This document shows, in pieces, positions 1-8,462 of a DNA stretch of 64,000 bases. A program made the position numbers and the translations under genes. Source of the stretch: Syntrophorhabdaceae bacterium (GTDB lineage Bacteria; Desulfobacterota; Syntrophorhabdia; Syntrophorhabdales; Syntrophorhabdaceae); assembly GCA_963665295.1 (NCBI GenBank), contig OY762209.1, forward strand, positions 3,776,001 through 3,840,000, read 5' to 3'. The notes under the pieces are model-generated. The model was not told the DNA's origin, searched no databases, and worked only from the letters and a program-made list of their open reading frames with translations. Within the stretch, counting starts at the first letter, position 1. Each line of letters starts with the position of its first letter.

Positions 1-2
1 AG

Positions 3-176
3 TTCCGGAAGATGTTCCCCAAGAAGATCACTGGGCCGGTAGTAGGTCAGGAACTTGGTCCCGATGGAAAACCAATTACCCCTGGCGATGAAGGAATCTT
101 AACGGAGTCGGCCGCCACACAACGCCTGAGGGGTGTTGTCGACAGGTACATCGCGGGGCTCTACGCCGGAAAGTAA
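3..176 (+). CDS. 3' end of a phage gene, truncated by window edge (possibly portal, by synteny with P1 prt-pro)
   Basis: Open frame from base 3 (FRKMFPKK...LYAGK) to TAA 174-176, followed by AGGAGG RBS of next gene; identity inferred from position only. Confidence 0.5.
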   Translation, partial: FRKMFPKKITGPVVGQELGPDGKPITPGDEGILTESAATQRLRGVVDRYIAGLYAGK

Positions 177-187
177 AGGAGGCTGTT

Positions 188-1213
188 ATGGGTGAAATCA
201 TAAAATGCAACTTCAATCTGTTCAACGAAGGCCGCAAATACACGGGGCATCATAGAAGTTATATCTTGGAAAATGCCGTGACCGCCTGTTATGCGCCGGA
301 GACGCGAGAAGGAATTCGTTTGCGGGAGAAACTGGGATACCTGGGGCATGGCCGGCGGGAGATCGCCCGCAAGCTCCAGTTGAGCGAGGTGGAACCAGTC
401 AGATTACCCGACGGGTCAACCATCATTGTCGAAAACATCCCCTCGAACGTCACGGTCTTTTTCGAAGTCAACAAGGACGGAAATGTCGAACACCATCAGG
501 AAATCCTCGAGACGGCACCTGGGAAAGTGGTCGCTGGGCTGAACGCCTCAAAGGTTGGAGGATTTTCGTGGGCTTGCGGGGGCATGGATGGTGGCGCCAT
601 CGGTGCGACGCGAATCGCCAACTTTCATGGTTTTGACTATGTCATGAACCCTGGCTTTGCGGCGAACCGGGGATACATCCTTGAAAGTGCAGACGGCAAA
701 ACAAAGGGTATGATTCTGGAAAGTATCTGCAAGCTGGGCGTCGAAGACAAGAAGGCTGAACAATACTTGAATTCGTGGGTAGCCTCTGCCCAGTTTCATG
801 CTCTGGACCTTGAGGAACAGCTTGAGCAGGCTGCTATCTATGAAGATGCTATCCGTGAGGAACTTGAGGGCAAGACTACCGAAGTCGAGGCAATAAAGAA
901 GGTACTTGCTGACGAGGGTGCTGCAAAGGAATCGAGGAAGAAGATCATCATGGAATGCGCGGGAAAGTCGGTCATCGTAGTACCCGAGAGGGTCGTTGAC
1001 GCCATGCTCAGCATGGCCGGCGAGGGTGATTTCTTCGAGATCCTCGGATTCTTCGAATCTGCATCGCGGGTAAACCTGGGGGTTCTCCCGGTGGCCGGGA
1101 GAGATGAGAAGAACAAGACAACATTGCCGCCACAATACCGTCCGTCTGACGACGCCGAGTATGGAAAGGCTGCTGCTGGCTATGAGTTCCAGGACTGCGC
1201 CTTCAAGCCGTGA
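188..1213 (+). CDS. Phage head-processing protease, P1 Pro-like
   Basis: Motifs ETREGIRLRE.LGYLGHGRR, HHQEILET.PGKVV, GGFSWA.GG, FHGFDYV..P recall P1 Pro (ETQEGLRLGE.FGYYGHGRR, GGWSWATGG, FHGVDYV); AGGAGG RBS. Confidence 0.8.
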   Translation: MGEIIKCNFNLFNEGRKYTGHHRSYILENAVTACYAPETREGIRLREKLGYLGHGRREIARKLQLSEVEPVRLPDGSTIIVENIPSNVTVFFEVNKDGNVEHHQEILETAPGKVVAGLNASKVGGFSWACGGMDGGAIGATRIANFHGFDYVMNPGFAANRGYILESADGKTKGMILESICKLGVEDKKAEQYLNSWVASAQFHALDLEEQLEQAAIYEDAIREELEGKTTEVEAIKKVLADEGAAKESRKKIIMECAGKSVIVVPERVVDAMLSMAGEGDFFEILGFFESASRVNLGVLPVAGRDEKNKTTLPPQYRPSDDAEYGKAAAGYEFQDCAFKP

Positions 1214-1273
1214 AAGCCGCTGGGAAAGGAAATATGACTACCGCTAGGAACGACATTGCGAAGGAGACTGTTC

Positions 1274-1531
1274 ATGCTGGAGGTTAGCGCTGGAACCATT
1301 ATCGCCGCAGTTATTGCATACAAGCTTCTCGACAAAGGCATCGATTTTTTTTGGACCAAAACCGCCAAGACAGAGTACGTCACAAAAACTGATTGTAAAG
1401 AGTGCTCCGCTAAGAACGGAACCTCCTATGAGGGTCTCTGCAAGGAGGTCAAGGACGTAAAGACCATTCTTCTCATTGTGGCAGGTAGAGCTGGCGTTAA
1501 AAACGAAGAGATTAAGGACTTGGTGAGCTGA
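1274..1531 (+). CDS. Small phage membrane protein (N-terminal TM, CxxC, coiled C-terminus)
   Basis: AAGGAG RBS before ATG 1274; one hydrophobic helix; lies at start of lysis module. Confidence 0.65.
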   Translation: MLEVSAGTIIAAVIAYKLLDKGIDFFWTKTAKTEYVTKTDCKECSAKNGTSYEGLCKEVKDVKTILLIVAGRAGVKNEEIKDLVS

Positions 1532-1711
1532 TGGGGAAGCGACGCGAATCACCTTAGAGATTGCGTGGAAAGAGGCCTCGGGCCAGGAGCGCAGTGAATT
1601 CATCACCCGCCTATGTAGCCTTTATCGCGGCCCGATAGAACAGGTACTCTACGCCCGCGATAAAAAGAGGGCGCTGGAGGAGAACCAAAAGAAGAGAAAG
1701 GAGGCAGGACT

Positions 1712-2170
1712 ATGATAACTTTCGTAATTGTAGCGTGCATTATCGCCATCGGGGTAGCGTTTTTGATTCCCCAGGTGAGGAAAAAGCTGATCGGATTATT
1801 CTATAAGGAGATCGCAACCGCCGCAACAGGAGCCGTGACGGATGCCCTCAGCGATGCCTGCGCCGAAATCACCGGGACCGTCAAGGGCCTCACGGAAACG
1901 GGAAAATACGCCTTAAGGTTCGGAATCATCCTGATTATCGTCTTACCCATCGTCGGAAGGGTGCTCGATTGGGGCAAGGTTGCGACGGTCATTTACAAGG
2001 TGGGACTTGTCACCGTGGCCCTCGGGCTTGCCGAATTGCTCTGGCTGGTATTTTTCAAACCGATATTTGGAAAAATGGAGGATCTGAATGACAACGACAA
2101 AAGGTCGGTTCTTTTGTTTCGCGGCATTCTGTACGCTGCTATTATCGTGGCTCTTACCCTCGGTCTGTGA
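1712..2170 (+). CDS. Putative holin (2/3-TM holin-like) with extra N-terminal TM segment
   Basis: Several TM helices; IYKVGLV..A and C-terminal RGILYAAIIVALTLGL; directly upstream of endolysin; AGGAGG RBS. Confidence 0.7.
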   Translation: MITFVIVACIIAIGVAFLIPQVRKKLIGLFYKEIATAATGAVTDALSDACAEITGTVKGLTETGKYALRFGIILIIVLPIVGRVLDWGKVATVIYKVGLVTVALGLAELLWLVFFKPIFGKMEDLNDNDKRSVLLFRGILYAAIIVALTLGL

Positions 2171-2714
2171 CGCAGGCAGCTCGTGGCAGTTGGACCGTTG
2201 CAAGAGGTTTCTGCCAAGGGTCACCAGAGAGGCGCATTACCACGTAGGCCTTAATGCGCCTGTGCATCTTTTTATGGGGCAAATTGAACAGGAAAGCCAC
2301 TGCGATGAGGGGATAACGGCATTTGACGGCGGAGCGGGATTGGGTCAGTTTATGCCAGCGACGGCAGAATGGATTCAGGAACGAGAGAAGGCATTGAAAG
2401 AAATATCCGCTGAGCCCTCGCCGTATGACCCTGCGTGGTCCATCCGCGCGCTCATCCTGTACGACCACTATCTTTACGGAGCGGTGATCTGCAAGGATGA
2501 TAACCTTTATTTTGCTCTCAGGGCCTATAATGGCGGAGCAGGCGCGCTCAACAAGGAGATTCGCCGGGCTGGCTCCTGCGAGTATTACCTGGTCGAAAAG
2601 CAGTGCCGCAGGAAGGTAATTCGTCTCAAAAACGGGAAGAGCCTTGATCTTTGCAAGGACGTGAATCTCAAGTATTACAAATTGATTAGTCAAAAAGGGG
2701 AAAAATACAAATGA
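2088..2714 (+). CDS. Endolysin, SLT lytic transglycosylase family, with N-terminal signal/anchor
   Basis: SLT motifs QIEQES, GLGQFMPATA, AYNGG; hydrophobic N-terminus. Confidence 0.85.
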   Translation: MTTTKGRFFCFAAFCTLLLSWLLPSVCDAGSSWQLDRCKRFLPRVTREAHYHVGLNAPVHLFMGQIEQESHCDEGITAFDGGAGLGQFMPATAEWIQEREKALKEISAEPSPYDPAWSIRALILYDHYLYGAVICKDDNLYFALRAYNGGAGALNKEIRRAGSCEYYLVEKQCRRKVIRLKNGKSLDLCKDVNLKYYKLISQKGEKYK

Positions 2715-3013
2715 AGATCGCTATCGTTGTTCTCATCGTTTTGTTAAATGCGGCGGACTGGTGGACCACTGTGAAGATCCTCTCCCTGGGAGGCATGGAA
2801 CTTAACCCAGTGATGAAATGGATCATCGAGAGAAACCTTTTCCTTCCCGCAAAGGTATTTCTGGTGGCCCTCATCATCGCTGCCCTCCTGCTTATCCAGT
2901 CTGGATATCCAATGCTGTCCTTGGTCATGGGTTGGCTCATCACCGCTGGGTACGCCATTGTGGTAGCTTCAAACCTCCGGGTACTTAAGAAATTGGCGGG
3001 ATGGTGGTCTTGA
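2711..3013 (+). CDS. Small 3-TM membrane protein (DUF5658-like)
   Basis: LN.AD..TT......G..ELNP.M pattern; ATGA overlap with endolysin. Confidence 0.65.
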   Translation: MKIAIVVLIVLLNAADWWTTVKILSLGGMELNPVMKWIIERNLFLPAKVFLVALIIAALLLIQSGYPMLSLVMGWLITAGYAIVVASNLRVLKKLAGWWS

Positions 3014-3453
3014 TGGACTGGCTGACAGTGGCGCGAAAATTATTGCCTTATCTTATCGGCTTCCTGATTGGATCGGCCATCATAGGCTTCATTCAGCAGA
3101 TGCGCATCAAAGGAAAGGAAGCAGACCTCAAGACGTGTCAGGCGAGCCTTAAGGTGTCAGAGGACAATTTCAAGGTGTGTAAGGCAGCAAACGAGACAAA
3201 CGAAGCCACCATCGGCAGCCTTCAGGGGGAAGTTAAGGACGCCCTTAAAGGTTGTGATTCGCGGTTGGCCGTGAAGGACAAGACCCTCAAAAACCTCAAG
3301 AATATTCTCGCTCTTAAACCTGGGAGCGTGGCGGGAGGAAGTGATGATAATAAGAATGGCAGTAGCGGCCCTTCTTCTGGGGACGATATCCTTGATGAAC
3401 TTAACGGGATGTTCAAGTCTTCCGGAAGTGCAGCCGGTAGTAAAGGAAATTAA
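3001..3453 (+). CDS. Putative inner-membrane spanin (Rz-like)
   Basis: N-terminal TM, coiled periplasmic part with Cys; overlapped by a lipoprotein gene in another frame. Confidence 0.7.
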   Translation: MVVLMDWLTVARKLLPYLIGFLIGSAIIGFIQQMRIKGKEADLKTCQASLKVSEDNFKVCKAANETNEATIGSLQGEVKDALKGCDSRLAVKDKTLKNLKNILALKPGSVAGGSDDNKNGSSGPSSGDDILDELNGMFKSSGSAAGSKGN

Positions 3454-3640
3454 ATACGTAAAGCAAGAGGTACCCGATCCCCCTCCGATGCCTGAATATT
3501 ATTCGGTGGTATTCAAGAAGTCCGGGGAATTGTACGTCCTGGATGAGATCAACGCCAAGGCCCTGCTCATGAACCATGAACTCGATAAGGGATATCAAGA
3601 GGAAATGAGAACCATCATCATGAATCTCAAGGGCAAGTGA
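3341..3640 (+). CDS. Putative outer-membrane spanin lipoprotein (Rz1-like)
   Basis: Signal peptide with lipobox LTGC, Pro-rich PDPPPMP; 113-bp overlap with the Rz-like gene. Confidence 0.75.
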   Translation: MMIIRMAVAALLLGTISLMNLTGCSSLPEVQPVVKEIKYVKQEVPDPPPMPEYYSVVFKKSGELYVLDEINAKALLMNHELDKGYQEEMRTIIMNLKGK

Positions 3641-3685
3641 TAGGGGAATGATAGAGAATATTCAGGACGCAGTTGTATAATTTGT

Positions 3686-3762
3686 CCGTAAACCGTAATT
3701 GCGAATGTGTAAACCTTATGGCCAAGACGTGTAAAGATTATCCTGACAATTGTAAACCTTAA
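3686..3762. repeat. Four phased direct repeats, consensus TGTAAACCTTA, period 21-22 bp
   Basis: GTAAA cores at 3688, 3709, 3731, 3752. Confidence 0.7.
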
Positions 3763-3904
3763 TAATTGGAAGAGGCTGATCCCGCATGACTTTGACCGAC
3801 CCTCCGGCGCGGGGCTGGGAAACTGGCCCCTGCTTTTCGTTCGCATGGATTCAATACCCATAAGGGTCAGAATGGGTTTAAACTCCTTCCTTCGGCATGC
3901 TCAT

Positions 3905-3993
3905 TTTGTGCACCCAACCGATACCCCTCATTGGGTGCATTTTGGGTGCACAAATTCTCAAATTAGGGAGTTTTAGGCAGTTTTCGCAGTTTG
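3905..3993. repeat. att-arm-like repeats: three TTGGGTGCA copies and three phased AGTTT
   Basis: TTTGTGCACCCAA 3905-3917 is the inverse of TTGGGTGCACAAA 3942-3954; third copy 3931-3939; AGTTT at 3969, 3979, 3988. Confidence 0.65.
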
Positions 3994-4043
3994 TGAATTG
4001 AGCGTGATTTGTTGTAGAGTGGCTAAAACACTGGAAATATTAA

Positions 4044-4115
4044 AGCCGACGGCGAGAGTCGAACTCGCGACCTGCTCATTACGAGTGAGCTGCTCTACCC
4101 CTGAGCTACGTCGGC
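4044..4115 (-). tRNA. tRNA-Thr(CGT), CCA not encoded
   Basis: Reverse complement GCCGACGTAGCTCAGGGGTAGAGCAGCTCACTCGTAATGAGCAGGTCGCGAGTTCGACTCTCGCCGTCGGCT folds as a cloverleaf, anticodon CGT. Confidence 0.97.
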
Positions 4116-4336
4116 GTTATGGCGTTTATATAACATAGACAAAGGTTTGCAGACAATATAAATCTTCGTATTTTTCAGTCTGCCCTCTGTCGGGTCCCCT
4201 ATGAAGGGTGCCTGTCGATTATTTTATGCATTTTTGGGTCCCGTGTCCATTCATATTTTCTCAATGGCGCATGAGAGAGCCGGGAACAAGGCGACTTTGG
4301 GACCCCCTTTATTGCAGAGTATATTTATAGTAGATT

Positions 4337-6184
4337 ATGTCAGGAATAATGGCGGCAGAACCTTCGCAAAACTCTCACGCAGAACTGTCCTTGAAACGGA
4401 TAAGGTGGATATTATCCCTTTGCCTCGCCTTCATATTTGTGTGGGGCACATTTTCCGACCTTCTTGCATCCCAGGATATTTCAAGGAAACGTGTGTTGGT
4501 CATACATTCCTACTATCAGGGATATAAGTGGACGGACGATGAAAACGCGGGCATCGAAGCCGTTCTGAAGGATGTGGTGGGGTCGGGCAATCTGCACATT
4601 GAGTACATGGACACCAAAAAGGTGTTCGGTGACCTGTACTCGCAACGCCTCTACGAAGTCTATAAACTCAAATACAAGAATTTCAAATTTGACATGATTA
4701 TCGTGACAGACAATAACGCCTTCGACTTCATACGAAAGTACCGTGATGAACTGTTCGGGGAGACGCCGGTCGTTTTCTGCGGCGTCAATTACGTCGATGC
4801 GGCGGATGTGAGAAAACTCAAACTTTTTACGGGAGTAAACGAGGAGAATGATTTCGAAGCCTGTATCGCGCTGATACTGAAACTTCACCCCGGGACCAGG
4901 CATATCGCGTTCATCAATGAGTGGACGACTACGGGACAAAGGGTACACAAAGGGTTCGCGGAGGCAGTACGCCGCTTCGACAATATTTTGAAGGTGACCC
5001 TTCTCGAAGACATGAGGATAGAGGAAATCCTTGAAAAACTGCACGCCCTCGGGCCTGACAGCGCGGTACTCTACACTGCTTTCAGCAGGGACCGGCTCGG
5101 AAGGCTTTTCTCTTACAATGAGAGCGTCTTCCTGGTAGCCCAGAATTCTCCGGTTCCCGTGTACACCACCATGGAGTTCAACCTTGGTTACGGGGTTGTG
5201 GGCGGACTGATCGTCACCGGCTATGATCAGGGAGAGATGGCGGGAAAGATTGCCCTTCGTATCCTTCAGGGCGAGAAAGCAGGAGACATTCCCGTCATGA
5301 CCATAAGCCCGAAGCATTACATGTTTGATTACGAGTTGCTGAAGAAATACCATATCGCTCGTGCCGCCCTGCCGAAGGACAGCGTGGTGGTAAACCTGCC
5401 CCAAACCATCTATTTCAAATACAGGAAATGGATCGACGGGCTTATCGTCACTTTTGTCGCCCTCCTGTCCATTATCTCGGTCCTTCTTATTTCGATCTAC
5501 CGCCGCAAGCAGACGGAGAAGGAATTGAAGACCTCCAGGGAACAGCTTCGCACTTTGGCGTGGCGCCTTGCCGAGGCAGGGGAAACGGAGCGTAAAGCGC
5601 TGTCCAGGGAGTTGCACGATCAGGTCGGTCAGAATCTCACCATTCTCGGGGTCAATCTTAACATTTTGAAATCTCTGATCCCCAAAGAGACTGCGTCTCT
5701 GATAAGCTCGCGTTTGAACGATTCGGTAAGCCTTGTGAAACAGACTACCGAGCAGGTGCGAAACGTTATGGCCTATCTCAGGTCTCCAGTCCTCGACGAC
5801 TACGGGCTGGTGGCGGCTATCGACCTCTATGGGAAGCAGATTTCGGAACGCACGGGCATCAATGTAACGGTGAACGGTGAGCAAACCGCGCGCCCGCCGT
5901 CGCAGACGGAGAACGCCATGTTCAGAATTGTCCAGGAGTCGCTTACAAACGTGGTAAAACATGCCCATGCGACGGAAGTGGTGATTCGTGTATTCGAGAC
6001 AGGAGGAAAGCTGCACCTGTCCCTGGAGGATAACGGTGTCGGTTACGACACGGAGGCGGGTGTCCGGACCGGTGGATGGGGTCTTATCACCATGTCGGAG
6101 CGGGCCCTCGCGATAGGTGGAACTTGTTCCGTCAAATCACGCCCCGGATTGGGGACGACAATCACTGTGGAGGTACCCGTATGA
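4337..6184 (+). CDS. Sensor histidine kinase (periplasmic SBP-like domain, HisKA_3, HATPase)
   Basis: Two TM helices; H-box ERKALSRELHDQVGQ; FRIVQESLTNVVKHA; EDNGVG; GWGL. Confidence 0.92.
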   Translation: MSGIMAAEPSQNSHAELSLKRIRWILSLCLAFIFVWGTFSDLLASQDISRKRVLVIHSYYQGYKWTDDENAGIEAVLKDVVGSGNLHIEYMDTKKVFGDLYSQRLYEVYKLKYKNFKFDMIIVTDNNAFDFIRKYRDELFGETPVVFCGVNYVDAADVRKLKLFTGVNEENDFEACIALILKLHPGTRHIAFINEWTTTGQRVHKGFAEAVRRFDNILKVTLLEDMRIEEILEKLHALGPDSAVLYTAFSRDRLGRLFSYNESVFLVAQNSPVPVYTTMEFNLGYGVVGGLIVTGYDQGEMAGKIALRILQGEKAGDIPVMTISPKHYMFDYELLKKYHIARAALPKDSVVVNLPQTIYFKYRKWIDGLIVTFVALLSIISVLLISIYRRKQTEKELKTSREQLRTLAWRLAEAGETERKALSRELHDQVGQNLTILGVNLNILKSLIPKETASLISSRLNDSVSLVKQTTEQVRNVMAYLRSPVLDDYGLVAAIDLYGKQISERTGINVTVNGEQTARPPSQTENAMFRIVQESLTNVVKHAHATEVVIRVFETGGKLHLSLEDNGVGYDTEAGVRTGGWGLITMSERALAIGGTCSVKSRPGLGTTITVEVPV

Positions 6185-6834
6185 GCATCATGGTCTTTCT
6201 GGCTGACGACCATCGAATGGTGAGGGAGGGCTTTCGCCTTCTTATTGAGACTCAGCCTGATATCAAAGTCGTAGGCGAGGCGGGAACAGGCCGGGAGGCC
6301 GTGCGCCAGGCCGGGAAGTTGTCGCCTGATATCGTGCTGATGGATATCGCCATGCCGGAACTGAACGGCATAGAAGCAACTCAGCAGATCTGTGAGACAT
6401 GCCCGGCCGTGAAGGTAATAATCCTATCCATGTACTCTACCACGCAGCACATCTTCAGAGCCTTCAAAGCAGGAGCCCGGGGATACATCCTTAAGGAATC
6501 GGCGGGAGATGATGTGATAACGGCGATCCGCACGGTCCAGAACGGCAGGATATTCCTTTGCAGCGAGATCTCCGATGCTGTTGTGGGCGATTATGTAAGA
6601 AACCGCGAGACCGGAGCCGCCGAAGACCCGCTTGATCGCCTCAGTACGCGTGAACGGGAGATCCTTCAGCTCCTGGTAGAGGGTAAATCAAACATCAGAA
6701 TTGCGGAGTTGCTTTACCTTTCCCCCAAAACCATCGAGACCTACCGGAGCCATCTCATGCAGAAACTCGGCATCAATGATTTGCCGGGCCTGGTGAAATT
6801 TGCCATCCAGCACGGGCTGACATCGGTGGAATAG
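6181..6834 (+). CDS. NarL/LuxR-family response regulator
   Basis: LADDH, DIVLMDIAMP, LSTREREIL..HTH; ATGA overlap with kinase stop. Confidence 0.95.
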   Translation: MSIMVFLADDHRMVREGFRLLIETQPDIKVVGEAGTGREAVRQAGKLSPDIVLMDIAMPELNGIEATQQICETCPAVKVIILSMYSTTQHIFRAFKAGARGYILKESAGDDVITAIRTVQNGRIFLCSEISDAVVGDYVRNRETGAAEDPLDRLSTREREILQLLVEGKSNIRIAELLYLSPKTIETYRSHLMQKLGINDLPGLVKFAIQHGLTSVE

Positions 6835-6968
6835 GGCGGATCGTTTATCAAGGTTATTTCGAAATAAATCAAACTTGTCTGATTGGCAGTACTCCGGGAG
6901 AATAGTACTCTAGTTCCATAAGTCAAAAGAAGAGGTGATTTCGATCGCCGGTAAAAGGAGGTACTTTC

Positions 6969-8186
6969 ATGAAAAGCGCTGTGCGCATTTTGATTGCCGT
7001 CATGGTTCTCGCAGGGTTTCTTGGTTTTACGGGAACAGGCTACACGGCTAATACCATCAAGGTAGGCATCGTCGACACCTACACAGGTCCCGCGACGAGC
7101 TTCACCCAGGACGTGCTTGACGGGTTCAAGCTCGCTGTCGAGAAGATCAACGCAAAGGGCGGGGTGCTGGGCAAGAAGATCGAATATACGACCCGCGACG
7201 AAAAGTTCAAACCGGACATCGGCCTTGCCATGGCCAAGGAACTCGTCCTTAAAGAGAAAGTCGATATCCTCGTAGGCACCATCAACAGCGGTACCGCTCT
7301 TGCCGTATCGGACCTCGCGAGAAAGGAAAAGATCCCCTTCTTCGTCACCTATTCAAAAAGTGAAAAGATCATCGGCGAGAAGGGACACCGGTATGTCTTC
7401 AATATGAACGAGAACACCGAGATGGCAGGCAGGGCGGCGGCAGTGGCCCTCGCGAAAAAGCCCTTCGTGAAGTACTGGATCGCGGGCGACGACTACGAAT
7501 ACGGTCACGCCATCGCGGACGCGGTGTGGAACAACCTGAAGAGACTCAATCCCAAGGTACAGAAGGTAGGAGAATCGTGGTGGAAGGTAGGTGAGGCCGA
7601 CTTTACCCCCTACATCACCCAGATACTCTCCGCCAAACCCGATTTCGTCATCGTCGCCACGGGCGGCTCCGGCATGGTCAATTTCCAGAAGGCCGCAAAG
7701 GCAACGGGCTTAAGCCAGAAGATACCCTTCTACCAGCATACGGCCAATGAACTGGGAACCCTCATGCCCCAGGGCAAGGATGCCCCCGAGGGTGTATACG
7801 GTACGTCTAATTACCTGTTCTACTTCCCTGATTCACCTGCGAACAAGGCCTTCGTCGAAGAGTTCACCAAAGCCTATAAGAGATACCCCAAGGCTCCCGC
7901 TCTAATCGGATACATGACCGCCCAGTTTATAGCCGAGGGTTTTAAAAAGGCAGGGAAGGTCGATAAGGAAGCCCTTATCAAGGCGATTGAAGATATGACT
8001 CTTGAGAGCCCTGTCGGTACCCTCATGGTCAGGGGGTGCGACCACCAGCTCGAACTGCCCACGTACTTCGGCGTAACAAAGAAAGACGCCAAATATCCGT
8101 TCCTCATATCGTCAGGCAACCAGATCATACCTCCGAAGGATTACATGCCTACCTGTGAGGAGGTCCTGAAGCTGCGGAAGAAATAG
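6969..8186 (+). CDS. Liv-type ABC transporter substrate-binding protein
   Basis: Signal peptide; IKVG, INAKGGVLGKKIE..RD, DYEYG, DFTPYI motifs. Confidence 0.92.
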   Translation: MKSAVRILIAVMVLAGFLGFTGTGYTANTIKVGIVDTYTGPATSFTQDVLDGFKLAVEKINAKGGVLGKKIEYTTRDEKFKPDIGLAMAKELVLKEKVDILVGTINSGTALAVSDLARKEKIPFFVTYSKSEKIIGEKGHRYVFNMNENTEMAGRAAAVALAKKPFVKYWIAGDDYEYGHAIADAVWNNLKRLNPKVQKVGESWWKVGEADFTPYITQILSAKPDFVIVATGGSGMVNFQKAAKATGLSQKIPFYQHTANELGTLMPQGKDAPEGVYGTSNYLFYFPDSPANKAFVEEFTKAYKRYPKAPALIGYMTAQFIAEGFKKAGKVDKEALIKAIEDMTLESPVGTLMVRGCDHQLELPTYFGVTKKDAKYPFLISSGNQIIPPKDYMPTCEEVLKLRKK

Positions 8187-8198
8187 CCGAGGAAGCGC

Positions 8199-8237
8199 AT
8201 GGCCCTTCCCCGCTTCAATGGGGCAGGGAAGGGCCAT
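8199..8237 (+). terminator. Intercistronic hairpin after SBP gene (stabiliser or attenuator)
   Basis: ATGGCCCTTCCC pairs with GGGAAGGGCCAT; no clear U-tract. Confidence 0.55.
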
Positions 8238-8277
8238 TGCCAATAATGAGATGGAAACAGAGTAAAGGAAACAGGGT

Positions 8278-8439
8278 CATTTAGCGTGCACGGCACGCGC
8301 GAAGGGGAGGCTCCAGCGGCTTTGCCGGTGGAGGGGGCGACGCAAGCCCCATAAGGACAACGCGCCATTTAGCGTGCACGGCACGCGCGAAGGGGAGGCT
8401 CCAGCGGCTTTGCCGGTGGAGGGGGCGACGCAAGCCCCA
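8278..8439. repeat. Exact 74-bp direct repeat x2 with 14-bp spacer (REP-like)
   Basis: 8278-8351 identical to 8366-8439; internal hairpins. Confidence 0.95.
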
Positions 8440-8462
8440 CTAACTGAAAGAGGGAGAGCAAA

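Larger units (their letters stand above)
1..4043. mobile_element. Right-hand end of a prophage integrated at the 3' end of tRNA-Thr
   Basis: Head protease, lysis cassette and att-arm-like repeats end at the tRNA 3' end; host-type genes follow the tRNA. Confidence 0.8.

Noticed and set aside
3595..3861. 88-aa minus-strand ORF as excisionase
   Set aside because: No HTH pattern or RBS; runs through the repeat array
4481..6016. 511-aa antisense ORF and other long shadow ORFs (e.g. 18208-19248, 34616-35743, 58506-59459)
   Set aside because: Antisense to well-supported genes, no motifs; expected from codon bias
8278..8439. CRISPR array
   Set aside because: Only two 74-bp units with a 14-bp spacer and no cas genes
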